From contig JAWOEX010000008.1 in NCBI GenBank assembly GCA_046482545.1, forward strand, positions 1 to 59,601: a stretch of 59,601 nt of DNA, in the 5' to 3' direction. Under the pieces are notes generated by a model. That model was not told the origin of the DNA. It saw nothing but the letters and a program-made list of their open reading frames with translations, and searched no databases. Position numbers and translations under genes: made by a program. Positions within the stretch are counted from its first letter, which is position 1. Each line of letters starts with the position of its first letter. Source of the stretch: Candidatus Thorarchaeota archaeon (GTDB taxonomy: Archaea > Asgardarchaeota > Thorarchaeia > Thorarchaeales > Thorarchaeaceae). This document shows, in pieces, positions 37,895 to 47,972 of the stretch.

Positions 37895-38943
37895 CAGTAA
37901 CTCCTTCCCTTAATCACAAGATACAGAAACAGCGGAGCGCCCAGAAAAGAAGTAAGAATGCCAACAGGCAGGACTACCGGTGAGATAATAGTCCTGGCTA
38001 CTGTGTCGGACACGAGTAGAAGAGTAGATCCGACTAGACAAGATGCGGGTATCAAGAACCTATCGTCACCACCGATTATCTTCCGAATTATGTGGGGAAC
38101 AACTAAGCCGATGAAACCGATTATGCCTGTAAAGGAGACTATCAGAGCAGTGACGAGTGAAGCGACAAGGAGGCTACTTATTCTTACCCGTTCAACGTTT
38201 ACACCTAGACTCTTTGCTGTTTCATCACCTGTAACCAGTGCTTTGTAATTCCATAGATTGTAGAGAATGAAAAGCAGTGCCGGGAGCACAACCGATGCTA
38301 TTATCGCGAGTTCGCTCCACGAGACCCTACTCAAATCACCGAACATCCAGAATACGATTGCTGCAAGCTGTACATCCTCTGCGAAGTACTTCAATGCTGC
38401 GAGGCCTGCTGTGAATAGAGATCCCAATGCAACCCCGGAAAGAATCATGATTTCTGGCGTTGCCGTCCTAAACCTCGCCAACAAGATTATCACAGAAACA
38501 GCGACAAGCGAAAATCCGAACGCACAGATTGGAATGAGATATGGAACATTCGCAAATACGGACTGACTGCTACCGACTCCCAGCACTACGATTGCGAATG
38601 CTGCACCGAAGCCGGCAGATTGTGATATTCCAAGTGTGTATGGGGAACCGAGCGGGTTCATCAGTATGCTCTGCATCACGGACCCAGCCACCGCCAACCC
38701 CATCCCTGCAAATACCGCTGCGATAACCCTGGGAAGTCGAATATGCCAGATGATGATTGATGCTGACCCCTCACTCTGACCAATAAGTGTCAGCAGTATT
38801 TCAAAAGGGTGAATTTGGACAGTTCCGATTCCGATAGCTGCAAGGGCGGAGATGAACAACAAAAGCCCCGAAACTATCAGAAAGAGTGTTTTCTTCCTTA
38901 TTTGGCCCCTGTATTCTTCTATTGTCTGTTGCTTGCCTTGCAG
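37891..38943 (-). CDS. FecCD/BtuC-family ABC permease (probable CTG start at 38943)
   Basis: IRLPRV, NPLGSPYTLG, GDETAKSLGV, GIIGFIGLVVPH, LPVG..T..LGAP. The frame is open upstream to a CTG preceded by AGGTGA, which adds the usual first TM helix. Confidence 0.88.
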   Translation of the reverse strand: MQGKQQTIEEYRGQIRKKTLFLIVSGLLLFISALAAIGIGTVQIHPFEILLTLIGQSEGSASIIIWHIRLPRVIAAVFAGMGLAVAGSVMQSILMNPLGSPYTLGISQSAGFGAAFAIVVLGVGSSQSVFANVPYLIPICAFGFSLVAVSVIILLARFRTATPEIMILSGVALGSLFTAGLAALKYFAEDVQLAAIVFWMFGDLSRVSWSELAIIASVVLPALLFILYNLWNYKALVTGDETAKSLGVNVERVRISSLLVASLVTALIVSFTGIIGFIGLVVPHIIRKIIGGDDRFLIPASCLVGSTLLLVSDTVARTIISPVVLPVGILTSFLGAPLFLYLVIKGRSYW

Positions 38944-38957
38944 TGGAATTCACCTGC

Positions 38958-40073
38958 TTATTCTAGATTCAGTCTTGTATAGCCGCCCATGTCTTCTTCC
39001 ATGATATCATACACAGGTTCACCAATGAGGAAAGCAAAAATCTCGTCGGCTTTTTGTGTGACATTGACATCGCTGAACTGCTCGGGATAAAGCACCTTTC
39101 CAACATAGTATGAATTTGCAAAAACCACGCCATGGTTCAGGCCATATCTCGGATACGGAAAGACGCCATAGACCTCTTCATTGATGACAGCCGTAAGATT
39201 GCTGAATTTCGGATCGGTTATGTCTTCAACGACCAACGGTAAGTTTACCTCATCGACGAAGATAATATCGGGATCCCAACTGATGAGCTGCTCTGAATCG
39301 ATTTCTACAGTATTTGACGGTGCTTGAACATCCCCAGCAACATTTTTTGAGCGAGTTAGAACGAACGGAGGATACTTACGCTGGGTCATGGTTAAGCCAT
39401 GCGGTCCCTTTCTCGATAAACCTCCTACGTACACGTTTGGCTTACTGCCTTCTGCGATACTGGCGGTCCTTTGGTCAAGGTCGTCTACGAGGGCCTTGAT
39501 GTAGGATACTATGTCTTCAGCTCTATCTTGCTTATTGGTGAGATTTCCAACGATCCTGACAGATCGGTAGAAATCGTTAGATTCACTGCTGTAGTTAAGT
39601 GGCTCTGAGGCGCCCTCGCCAGGCCTAACAACAACTACTGGAATGCCAGTATCTTCTTGGATTCTGTCAGCATCAGCAACTGAATAGTACGAGGCGATTA
39701 TGACGTCGGGATCCAAACTTACAATGGATTCCATATTCACGCTTTCGCTAGATTCTATTTCCGGAAGGTCTGTTATTTCAGGTTGTGCTAGCAAATAAGG
39801 CAGCGTATCATTCAGTTTCTTGTCTGTAGCGCTACATCCAACAATCCGGTCTGTAGTTTCAAGATAAACCAGCGTCCGTATCGCGCCTATTCCAAGTCCA
39901 GCAACCTTCTGTGCTTCATCTGGTACTTCTACTTGTCTTCCGAGCATATCTGTGATTTGTATCGTGTCTCCCGTTGGTTGTCCTGTCTGCAAAAGAATTC
40001 CTGCACTCAGGAGGCCTACCAACACGACAGAAACGATTGCTACTGCTCCAATCCATTTCTTCTCTGTCATCAT
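38958..40073 (-). CDS. ABC substrate-binding protein (BtuF/FhuD periplasmic binding protein type 2)
   Basis: N-terminal TM, ITDMLGRQVEVP, ESIVSLDPDVII, EQLISWDPDIIF, KVLYPEQF. Confidence 0.9.
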   Translation of the reverse strand: MMTEKKWIGAVAIVSVVLVGLLSAGILLQTGQPTGDTIQITDMLGRQVEVPDEAQKVAGLGIGAIRTLVYLETTDRIVGCSATDKKLNDTLPYLLAQPEITDLPEIESSESVNMESIVSLDPDVIIASYYSVADADRIQEDTGIPVVVVRPGEGASEPLNYSSESNDFYRSVRIVGNLTNKQDRAEDIVSYIKALVDDLDQRTASIAEGSKPNVYVGGLSRKGPHGLTMTQRKYPPFVLTRSKNVAGDVQAPSNTVEIDSEQLISWDPDIIFVDEVNLPLVVEDITDPKFSNLTAVINEEVYGVFPYPRYGLNHGVVFANSYYVGKVLYPEQFSDVNVTQKADEIFAFLIGEPVYDIMEEDMGGYTRLNLE

Positions 40074-40107
40074 GTTGAATAGCTCTCTGATATTTTGAAA
40101 CTATGTC

Positions 40108-40134
40108 GTAACAACTTTATCCAATTCGTGTTAC
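40108..40134. promoter_or_regulatory. Palindromic operator GTAACA-N15-TGTTAC upstream of the metal-chelate ABC operon (NikR/RHH-type architecture)
   Basis: Perfect 6-bp half sites with a 15-nt spacer, between a TATA-like tract (about 40150-40158) and the start codon at 40073. Confidence 0.55.
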
Positions 40135-40800
40135 TCTCCCGAGTTTCGATTATATATTCCTTTGGAAGTGTTCTTTTGATGGTACCGGGGAGACCACCTC
40201 TGGAATGAAGCAGGCTGTAGTATGCTCGTGGATTCGGTTAGTAAAAGAGTGCTCAGACCAAATCCTAGTTGGTGACTGCATTTTGGTATCACTCCAAAAA
40301 CCCTCAGATTTTTTGGTGAAAGCGCTATCTTATTCATGAAATGATTGAATGCGGAAAAGTGCAGAGGTGTGGGAAATCGTATTCTTTCCGGGCATGTTCT
40401 TGATTGTCTTGACGTTGCCTTTTGACTGGATGAACTATGTATTCACCTAAGATGCCAATGCTTGCTTGAGATTGTTCTGTGGCTACAGGCTTCCATGATG
40501 ATTGGAGTTGGTCTTGTTACATTTGGCTTGTGGGTTAGGGAATTCTATCGCGGGAAGAATGAATGATAGAGAAGCAACAGAGACTGATGCAATGTACTAG
40601 AGAAGTCAAGTTTTCCCTATTCTTCTTGCTCGGGATTACTTCTCTGGTCTTTACGTGATAGGTTAGGTATAAAATGGTTGAACTACTGCAAATAACGACA
40701 GGGTTAGGCGCTGAACTGCTCATTCCTAGTTTAGGAATGCGGGCTATGCGATTCCGGGACATTTACCCGACGAGTTGAGAACCAAATCCTGACGAGGTAA

Positions 40801-42231
40801 TTGGAAATGTTAGATGCAATAAAGCACTGTGTTGAGAAAGGGGAAAACCTAGGTGCTGATTTTGTTGAAGCTCGTTACGAAGACCTCACGCTGCGAACGC
40901 TTGATCGCACAGACGATACCTGGAAAGAGATCCAGAGTAAGTCGCGGCGAGGAGTCGGAGTAACGTGTTATGTAGAAGGCGTATCTGGTTTCTCTTTTAC
41001 TGCTTCTCTTGAGAAAGGAGATCTCGAAGCAGCAACTGAACGTTCTTATCGAATGGCTAAGGCCTCAGCAGGGGCCGCAAAATTGAAACTGCCTTTCGAT
41101 GAGCGACCAGCTGTCAAATCATCAGCTTCTGATACAAGATCAGTAAAGATTCACCCCCGAGAAAGGGAATTGAGTTTCAAAACCGATATGGTGAACAGAG
41201 CAGTTGAGACTGCGAGAGAACATGGTGAGAATATCAAGAATGTCAGAGGGCTATATGGAGAGCTATTTGGACAGAAGCTGCTTACCAATAGTGACGGTTC
41301 TGTCGTAGATTGGGAGTTTCTTGTTACTGATATGCGGTGCAGTGTAACTTCGAGAACCGAAGCGGGGAATCTTGTTACGGGTCGTGAAGGACATGGTGGA
41401 ACTTTCGGCCTTGAATTTTTTGAAACCAATGGCCAAACACCAGAGGATATCGGCGCTACTGCGGGTGATATAGCCAAGGAGCAACTAGAAGCGAAAGCTT
41501 GTCCCGCGGGTCAGTTCCGGACTTTGATTGAGAATCATTTGGTCGGTGTGTTGGCGCATGAATCATTTGGGCACCTAAGCGAGGCTGATTTCGTGGTTAC
41601 AGGTGGCTCTCCGCTGACCAGTAAAATGGACGAGAGACTAGGAACCGAGCATGCAACAATTGTGGATGGTGGAGTGCCTGATATCGATGAGCTTGGCGGA
41701 CTATGGGTTCCGTTTGACGATCAAGGGATTCCATGCAGCATGACTAAAGTCCTCGATGAGGGTGTGCTAACACATTATCTTCACAATAGGGGTACTGCAG
41801 AAAAACTAGGGCAGAAGCCGACTGGCAATGCTCGGGCAGTCAACTTCGTCTTCCCGCCGATTCCCAGAATGACAAACACCTTCTTCGAGCCTGGTGATTT
41901 AACCGAGGAAGAGGCGCTCGAAATGGTGGACGAAGGTGTATATGCTATTCAGACTTCGGGAGGTCAGGTTTCCGGCGATGGATCTTTCTTATTCAAAGCA
42001 ATCCGTGGGTATTGGGTTGAGGACGGCGAAATACAGTATCCCCTTCGAGAAGTATCGCTTTCGGGCAATATCCTACAACTCTTGGCGCAGGTAGAAGGAG
42101 CTACGAAGGAGCTGGAACTCTACTCTGGTTATTTCGGCGGGTGTGGCAAAGGCGATCAATTTCCATTACCAACAGGCCTAGGAGGACCGAAACTAGTAAT
42201 GGATGGCGTCACCTTTGGAGGAGAAGCTTAG
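40801..42231 (+). CDS. tldD: TldD family metalloprotease
   Basis: HESFGHLSEAD, FDDQG, PTGNAR, PRMTNT, GCGK..Q..P.G.GGP. Confidence 0.92.
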   Translation: MEMLDAIKHCVEKGENLGADFVEARYEDLTLRTLDRTDDTWKEIQSKSRRGVGVTCYVEGVSGFSFTASLEKGDLEAATERSYRMAKASAGAAKLKLPFDERPAVKSSASDTRSVKIHPRERELSFKTDMVNRAVETAREHGENIKNVRGLYGELFGQKLLTNSDGSVVDWEFLVTDMRCSVTSRTEAGNLVTGREGHGGTFGLEFFETNGQTPEDIGATAGDIAKEQLEAKACPAGQFRTLIENHLVGVLAHESFGHLSEADFVVTGGSPLTSKMDERLGTEHATIVDGGVPDIDELGGLWVPFDDQGIPCSMTKVLDEGVLTHYLHNRGTAEKLGQKPTGNARAVNFVFPPIPRMTNTFFEPGDLTEEEALEMVDEGVYAIQTSGGQVSGDGSFLFKAIRGYWVEDGEIQYPLREVSLSGNILQLLAQVEGATKELELYSGYFGGCGKGDQFPLPTGLGGPKLVMDGVTFGGEA

Positions 42232-42241
42232 ATAGGAGGAA

Positions 42242-43645
42242 ATGAAAATGACAATGAATTACGACGATTTGAAGAGTAAACTGCTATCTCTAGCTGATAC
42301 AGGCTTGAAGCATGCTCAGTCAGAGTATGATGCGGATTTTGAAATCTACTTGTACTGGTACAATAGTGCGGAAGCCGAAATCGAGCAGGGTATCGTATCT
42401 GCTAAGGATGGTATCGTTGCTGGAAATGCTGTTCGGGCGGCGAAAGGCAAGAAAGTTGGTTTTGCCTGCGCAAGCGGAATTGAACGAGAGCGGATTGATC
42501 TCAGCGTGAAAGAAGCATTCGAAGTTGCTGATACTGCTGCTGTCCCTGATGAAGAATTTGAAGGATTCTGTGAACGAGAGAAACCCGCTAAGGAAGGCCT
42601 TGCAGATGAAGCAATACTTGAGCTGGGTGTTGATGACCTGATTGAACACAGTGAATCCATTGTGGAAGAAGCTCGATCCGTTGATGAACGAGCAAAGGTC
42701 GTTGGCGGCTCCGCTGAAGCAAGCTGGGGCGGCTATGCGGTCGTCAACTCGTTGGGAATTGAAGCTGCAACCCGGTCAGTGTCCAATTACTGCGTGGGTC
42801 ACGTGATTGCGATTCAAAATGGTGAACGCAAGTCCGCATATGATTTCGATGGGGCCCGTGAACGCCTTTTCGAAACGGAGGGTGTAGGTAAGAACGCAGC
42901 ACAATCTGCAGTGGATCAGCTAGGTGCAGAAAAGTTGGATGAGACGACAACATTACCAACCATATGGGCTCCTAGAGCCGCCGCCGCATATCTTCTCTCA
43001 AGCATCGGTAAGGCTACTCTCGGCAGACCTGTTGTTGAAGGAATATCACCTCTATGTGACATGATTGGTGATACCATCGCTTCCGAGGGATTCACACTGA
43101 TTGACGATGGTCAGAAACCAACCGGTATGGGTACCGAAGCAATTGATGCAGAAGGCTATCCCCAGCAGAAGAACGTCATCATCGAGAATGGAGTTCTGAA
43201 GAGCTTCTTGTTCGATACTTACTATGGTCGGCAATTTGGCAGCGGCTCTACGGGAAACAGCTCTCGAGGTGGAGGAATATTCGGTGGAGCGACACCATAC
43301 GAATCGCCACCTTCTATTTCCATGAAATTCCTTGATGTGGCTGCGGGTAAAGGATTCCACGAGGATATCATTTCCTCATTTGAAGACAAGGCGATTCTCA
43401 TCACTGAGCCGCCAATCGGTATGTTTCATACCAATGTCAGTACAGGCGAATTCTCTGTGGTTGCAAATTCAGTGTACCTCGTGGAAGATGGGGAGAAGAA
43501 ATGCCCACTAAAATCGACTAGCGTCTCAGGCAAGTTCTACGAAGGTCTAGCAAATCTCATTCGCATCGGCGAGGATAAGACCCTTGTTCCGTATGGGGCT
43601 GAGGTGCCAACGTTAGCATTCGACGGATTCTCCATAGTTGGGTAG
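42242..43645 (+). CDS. pmbA: PmbA/TldE family protein
   Basis: DAEGYP..IIENGVL, STGN, TGEFS. Lacks HExxH and follows tldD. Confidence 0.88.
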   Translation: MKMTMNYDDLKSKLLSLADTGLKHAQSEYDADFEIYLYWYNSAEAEIEQGIVSAKDGIVAGNAVRAAKGKKVGFACASGIERERIDLSVKEAFEVADTAAVPDEEFEGFCEREKPAKEGLADEAILELGVDDLIEHSESIVEEARSVDERAKVVGGSAEASWGGYAVVNSLGIEAATRSVSNYCVGHVIAIQNGERKSAYDFDGARERLFETEGVGKNAAQSAVDQLGAEKLDETTTLPTIWAPRAAAAYLLSSIGKATLGRPVVEGISPLCDMIGDTIASEGFTLIDDGQKPTGMGTEAIDAEGYPQQKNVIIENGVLKSFLFDTYYGRQFGSGSTGNSSRGGGIFGGATPYESPPSISMKFLDVAAGKGFHEDIISSFEDKAILITEPPIGMFHTNVSTGEFSVVANSVYLVEDGEKKCPLKSTSVSGKFYEGLANLIRIGEDKTLVPYGAEVPTLAFDGFSIVG

Positions 43646-43753
43646 TAAAACCTGAACTAGAAAGAAGAAGACAAATGGGGGCTTGGGAGATTGCCAAACC
43701 CCCTTCTCTTTTTGAGAACATAGCAGAACAGACATTTTCTGGGGCGGCATAGT

Positions 43754-43912
43754 ATGGCTGAGAAGCAAGAAGAATCATGGAAGCAGACGTATATCAAACA
43801 GGGCGACGTCTGGCGATTCATGTATCCTGATGGATACTCAGTTTTCAAAGGGTTGCAGGCTCTTCTGGACCATGCCGAACCTGATATGCATCTGCTGGAG
43901 ATTGAAGAATAA
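43754..43912 (+). CDS. Putative 52-aa small protein (below the ORF-track cutoff)
   Basis: MAEKQEESWKQTYIKQGDVWRFMYPDGYSVFKGLQALLDHAEPDMHLLEIEE. Fills the gap and ends 17 nt before the convergent pirin stop. Confidence 0.4.
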   Translation: MAEKQEESWKQTYIKQGDVWRFMYPDGYSVFKGLQALLDHAEPDMHLLEIEE

Positions 43913-43929
43913 TAGCGCTACTCTTTCGT

Positions 43930-44784
43930 TCATTTCGCCTTGACAAAGCTGCCATTCCTAACCTCATTGAATGCTTGTTGGACTTCTTCTTGCGTGTTCA
44001 TGACAACTGAACCACGCCAAGCTACAGGTTCTCCAAGAGGTTTTCCTGAAACCAGTATAAACCGAGCCGGATCTTCATCGGTTCGAACCACAACTTTTGT
44101 CCCAGTTTCGAGAACCACCAATTCACGAGCCGATGCTCCTTTTCTTTCCTCGCCAAACTCAGCTTCGCCATGGAGCATGTAAGCAAAAGCTGTATGTTTC
44201 TTTGACACTGTATGCTGGAATTCTGATTCAGCTTGCATCTGTACATCTAGGTATTCGGGATTGGTAGCAAAATCTTGAATGGGTCCTTCTATTCCAGATA
44301 CCGTCCCAGCTATAACTTTCACTTTAACACCTTCTGACAATTCTACTTCGGGAATTGCACTTTTGTCATAGCCTCGGTATGTGGGTTGTGTCATCTTCTT
44401 CTCGGCTGGAAGATTTACCCAGAGCTGCAATCCTCTTAACCCTCCATTGTCCGTTCTTGGCATTTCTGAATGAATAATTCCGCTACCTGCTGTCATCCAC
44501 TGAATATCACCAGGACCAATTACACCTCTTCGTCCCGTGCTGTCTTCATGTTCGACCTTACCCTCCAGCATGTATGTGACAGTCTCAAAACCTCGGTGGG
44601 GATGCGAGGGGAAGCCCGCGTCGTAATCATCCTTCGTTTCTGAGCCGAATTCATCTAACAGAAGAAATGGATCAAGTTCCTCTACGTCTTGATGCCCTAT
44701 TGCACGTCTTATGCGAACTCCGGCTCCCTCTTGGCCTGGTTGACTCTTTCTTTTCCATCTTACTTCTCTAATCTCGTTGGCCAT
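43930..44784 (-). CDS. Pirin family protein
   Basis: DPFLLLDEF, HPHRGFETVTY, WMTAGSGIIHSE, QLWVNLP. Confidence 0.95.
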   Translation of the reverse strand: MANEIREVRWKRKSQPGQEGAGVRIRRAIGHQDVEELDPFLLLDEFGSETKDDYDAGFPSHPHRGFETVTYMLEGKVEHEDSTGRRGVIGPGDIQWMTAGSGIIHSEMPRTDNGGLRGLQLWVNLPAEKKMTQPTYRGYDKSAIPEVELSEGVKVKVIAGTVSGIEGPIQDFATNPEYLDVQMQAESEFQHTVSKKHTAFAYMLHGEAEFGEERKGASARELVVLETGTKVVVRTDEDPARFILVSGKPLGEPVAWRGSVVMNTQEEVQQAFNEVRNGSFVKAK

Positions 44785-45157
44785 AGTTATTCACGTCTAT
44801 TAACGATAGCTAACTAAATACATAAAGTATCTGAATAAGGAAGAGACAATCAAAGCATGAATGAGAAGAGACACACGAAAGTCATGCGACTAATGGTCAA
44901 GCACGAATTCCTGCGCAGACCTAGATACCTGAGATTAGAACAACTGTTGGATTGGTGTCTCTGGAAATGCTTGGGAAACTTTAACTCCTAGGTTTCTTAA
45001 CTACGTAGAAAATGGCGATGAGTGCAAAGAATAGTACAATACCAATACCAAGGTCAAGTTGAAGTTTATCTCTTGAAATTATCAGAACACAAGAGTCTCT
45101 GCAAATCGAACTGTTAAAGAGGGATGCTTACGAATTGCGGTTATCAACAAAAGTTGG

Positions 45158-45826
45158 ATGAGAAAAATGGCATGGGAAGTGCGAGATGACCGGGTTCCCT
45201 TCATGAAGCAGTATGTATCGGTAGTCATTATCATTCTGAATGTAGCTATGTTCATGCTGCAATTATTTGATGACAATTTTCTACTCGAATGGGCATTTGT
45301 TCCAGCAGAATTCTTCGCCGGGCAGAAGCTCTGGACTATCTTTACCTCCATGTTCATGCACGGGGGTCCTACTCACATCTTCTTCAACATGCTTTTCTTC
45401 TATGTAGTCGCTGACGATTGTGAGAACTCTCTGGGCCATTGGTACTTCCTGTTTACATACCTTGTATCTGGTGTTGTTGGAACTCTCCTTCATGCTGTGT
45501 TTGCTCTTTTTGCTCCTGCCTCGCTGACCATACCTACGCTTGGTGCATCTGGAGCAATAGCTGGTCTCATTGCTGTCTATGGGCTACTCTTCCCTGCTCG
45601 CCGACTTAACGTTCTCCTAGGCTATTTCTTCGTGCAATTAAGTGCGAGAAGATATGTCGTGTATTTCGCAATCATGCAGCTCGTATTCGGTTTCCTACTA
45701 TGGGATACATCAGCTACTGCCTACTTTGCACATCTTGGCGGTCTGGTAGCTGGTGCGGCATGTGCTTTGATATTCAAAGCTGCGCAAACTGAACCACAAC
45801 CAACCCAGTATAGCGGATGGCAATAA
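45158..45826 (+). CDS. Rhomboid family intramembrane serine protease
   Basis: TSMFMHGG..HIFFNM, GASGAIAG, AHLGG. Confidence 0.93.
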   Translation: MRKMAWEVRDDRVPFMKQYVSVVIIILNVAMFMLQLFDDNFLLEWAFVPAEFFAGQKLWTIFTSMFMHGGPTHIFFNMLFFYVVADDCENSLGHWYFLFTYLVSGVVGTLLHAVFALFAPASLTIPTLGASGAIAGLIAVYGLLFPARRLNVLLGYFFVQLSARRYVVYFAIMQLVFGFLLWDTSATAYFAHLGGLVAGAACALIFKAAQTEPQPTQYSGWQ

Positions 45827-45955
45827 TCTACAGCTGTGCTATTTGACGAGGATGCTTGTCGGAAGGTGATGGCTGTGGCTTGTGCAGCTGTCTGATGGCC
45901 TTTTGATTGCTACTGAGGCCATTCAATGGTCTCCAGGGCCATCGATGTTCTTGAA

Positions 45956-46393
45956 TCAATTCTGCCAAGCGCCTTCGATTGATACAAAGTGATAGCAGAC
46001 TGATGAAAGGCAAACTCCGAAGCTGGCTTGCACAACATATCCGATTACAGCGACTATCATAACGTCACGTCCAAAGATGAAGAAGGTTGAGAGAAATGTG
46101 CTACCAACTATTGATAGAAATGAGAATATCATGACCCCCAATGTCCCGTACGCGAAGCGATGAAGAACCCATCCAACTTTGTCATTTCTATTTGTTAATT
46201 GAATCAATATCAAGATATGAAACAGCTCGAGAATAGTGCCAAGAATTATTGTTATAGAAGCCATTGACTGAATCAATAGATTTCCTAGCGCCCCAACTTG
46301 GAACAAGAAAACACTCAGGGTCAATAGCAACGACGTCAGAAACGAATATATCCTGAGTGCCTTGAAATTCTTGAGATATTCTACTATACACAT
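45956..46393 (-). CDS. Hypothetical 4-TM membrane protein
   Basis: Hydrophobic segments, co-oriented 5 nt downstream of the hydrolase. Confidence 0.6.
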   Translation of the reverse strand: MCIVEYLKNFKALRIYSFLTSLLLTLSVFLFQVGALGNLLIQSMASITIILGTILELFHILILIQLTNRNDKVGWVLHRFAYGTLGVMIFSFLSIVGSTFLSTFFIFGRDVMIVAVIGYVVQASFGVCLSSVCYHFVSIEGAWQN

Positions 46394-46398
46394 AGCTT

Positions 46399-47685
46399 TC
46401 AGCGTCCTTCCAGTTCTAAGGCAATAAATCGTTCAATGTAATACGTTGAGATTTGCCCTCCATATCCATAGAAGTTGTAGTCAAAACCATGCCCCGCCCA
46501 AGGTATGGTGATCAAAAGGCATTTGTGCCCAAGATTCTTCGCCAGTTTGTGAAAGCTCACTCCCTGACTCTGATAATCAGCAAGTCCATCTTTGCTTCCA
46601 TGGACAATCATGATTGGTGGAACAATCGTGCTATTCAAGATGAGAGAGGCCGCGAATAGTTTCTTGTACTGATCCTCAATTGGGAGGCTTCCCTCGACAA
46701 GGGGGTCAAAAAACCCTGCTTCATCTCGTGTGATGTTTGTCACTGGATAGATCCAAATCCCTCCTCTGACAGTCATAGTACTGGAGAAATTCCCGGCAAA
46801 CAGAGGGTTCTTGTAGCCAAGTGTCACGAGCGAAGCAAGATTTCCCCCTGCTGACCTGCCGACAACAAAGACGTTGTCCATATCTGCATTGTACTTTGAG
46901 CTGTTGGTTTCAAGCATCTTCGTGAAATAGCCAACATTCTCTATTTGGTCTTCAATGGTGTAACTCCCATTGTATGAAGGTCCAAACTGTGGAAGTGAAG
47001 TGAATGCCCCGAATGAATCGGGTAGGCTTGAAACATCAAAAAGCCCGTACTGGATATCGAATACTACATACCCTTTTGATGCAAAATATTGATTGAAGAC
47101 TGGAATGTTTGCACTTCCCTTATCGCCAAGAACCCAAGCCCCACCGTGAATCGCTATAATAACCGGGAAGGGTCCCTTGCCCTCTGGACAATACCAATCA
47201 AACCGAAGGGTATCCTGGCCATTGTCCATATAGGGTATGTCGTATTGCACACTGAATTCTGTCCGGTCAATGGAGATTCCGAACAGACTGTCAAAAACTG
47301 AGTATGGCGCAGGTCGCATTGAAGAAGTATCCAGATTAGCGTAACTTCTTCCGTAGTTTGACAACATCTGATTCTCTGCTTCAGCAATACCAAACGGAAC
47401 CGCTGGGTAGGGTATAACAGCTCCAATGAAAATGAATGTACAAATCAACGCGATGATTGACATCTCTCTTCGTTTGCCCATGAATGAAAACCTAATGATG
47501 ATCAGCCCACTTGTTAGAACGAGGAGGAAGAGCAGTGGTGCAACACTGGGATAGACCAAAGCGATGATCCAGCCAAGTGAGGAGGTTTCAAAGAAGAGGT
47601 AGAGGACTGTAATGAATCCAAAGAGACCTATGCAGATGTAACATAAAAGAAGCAAGATGTATCGTAGAATCCGTTTAATCTTCAT
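46399..47685 (-). CDS. Membrane-anchored alpha/beta hydrolase (esterase/lipase, HGG-type)
   Basis: 3 N-terminal TMs, IHGGAW, GRSAGG, HGSKD, AGHGFD. Confidence 0.88.
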   Translation of the reverse strand: MKIKRILRYILLLLCYICIGLFGFITVLYLFFETSSLGWIIALVYPSVAPLLFLLVLTSGLIIIRFSFMGKRREMSIIALICTFIFIGAVIPYPAVPFGIAEAENQMLSNYGRSYANLDTSSMRPAPYSVFDSLFGISIDRTEFSVQYDIPYMDNGQDTLRFDWYCPEGKGPFPVIIAIHGGAWVLGDKGSANIPVFNQYFASKGYVVFDIQYGLFDVSSLPDSFGAFTSLPQFGPSYNGSYTIEDQIENVGYFTKMLETNSSKYNADMDNVFVVGRSAGGNLASLVTLGYKNPLFAGNFSSTMTVRGGIWIYPVTNITRDEAGFFDPLVEGSLPIEDQYKKLFAASLILNSTIVPPIMIVHGSKDGLADYQSQGVSFHKLAKNLGHKCLLITIPWAGHGFDYNFYGYGGQISTYYIERFIALELEGR

Positions 47686-47972
47686 GTCTCTTACCTGCAG
47701 TCCAAATCGCCAAATACAATCTTGCTGTATTTATTGTTATCGCGGTGGTCGAAAATCTTGTCCATGGAATGAGCTCCTAGCTGGATTTTGCTGTGGAATC
47801 AGCGAGGGGGGCTGTTTTGATTCTGGCCATATTTGGGGGTTTCTTTGTTTACGCGATAGGCTTTCGAGAATCATAAATGCAACTTGGAATGAAACAGCAC
47901 CATTTGCAGCGGGCATATAGCAATACAACAAACGCGTTTTCTCTGTTCCAGCCAGAATTGTATCTACTCCGA

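Noticed and set aside
40074-40800. Cobalamin riboswitch upstream of the Btu-like operon
   Set aside because: I could not find a B12-box or the conserved core on the minus strand. The probable leader is short and contains a protein-type operator instead.
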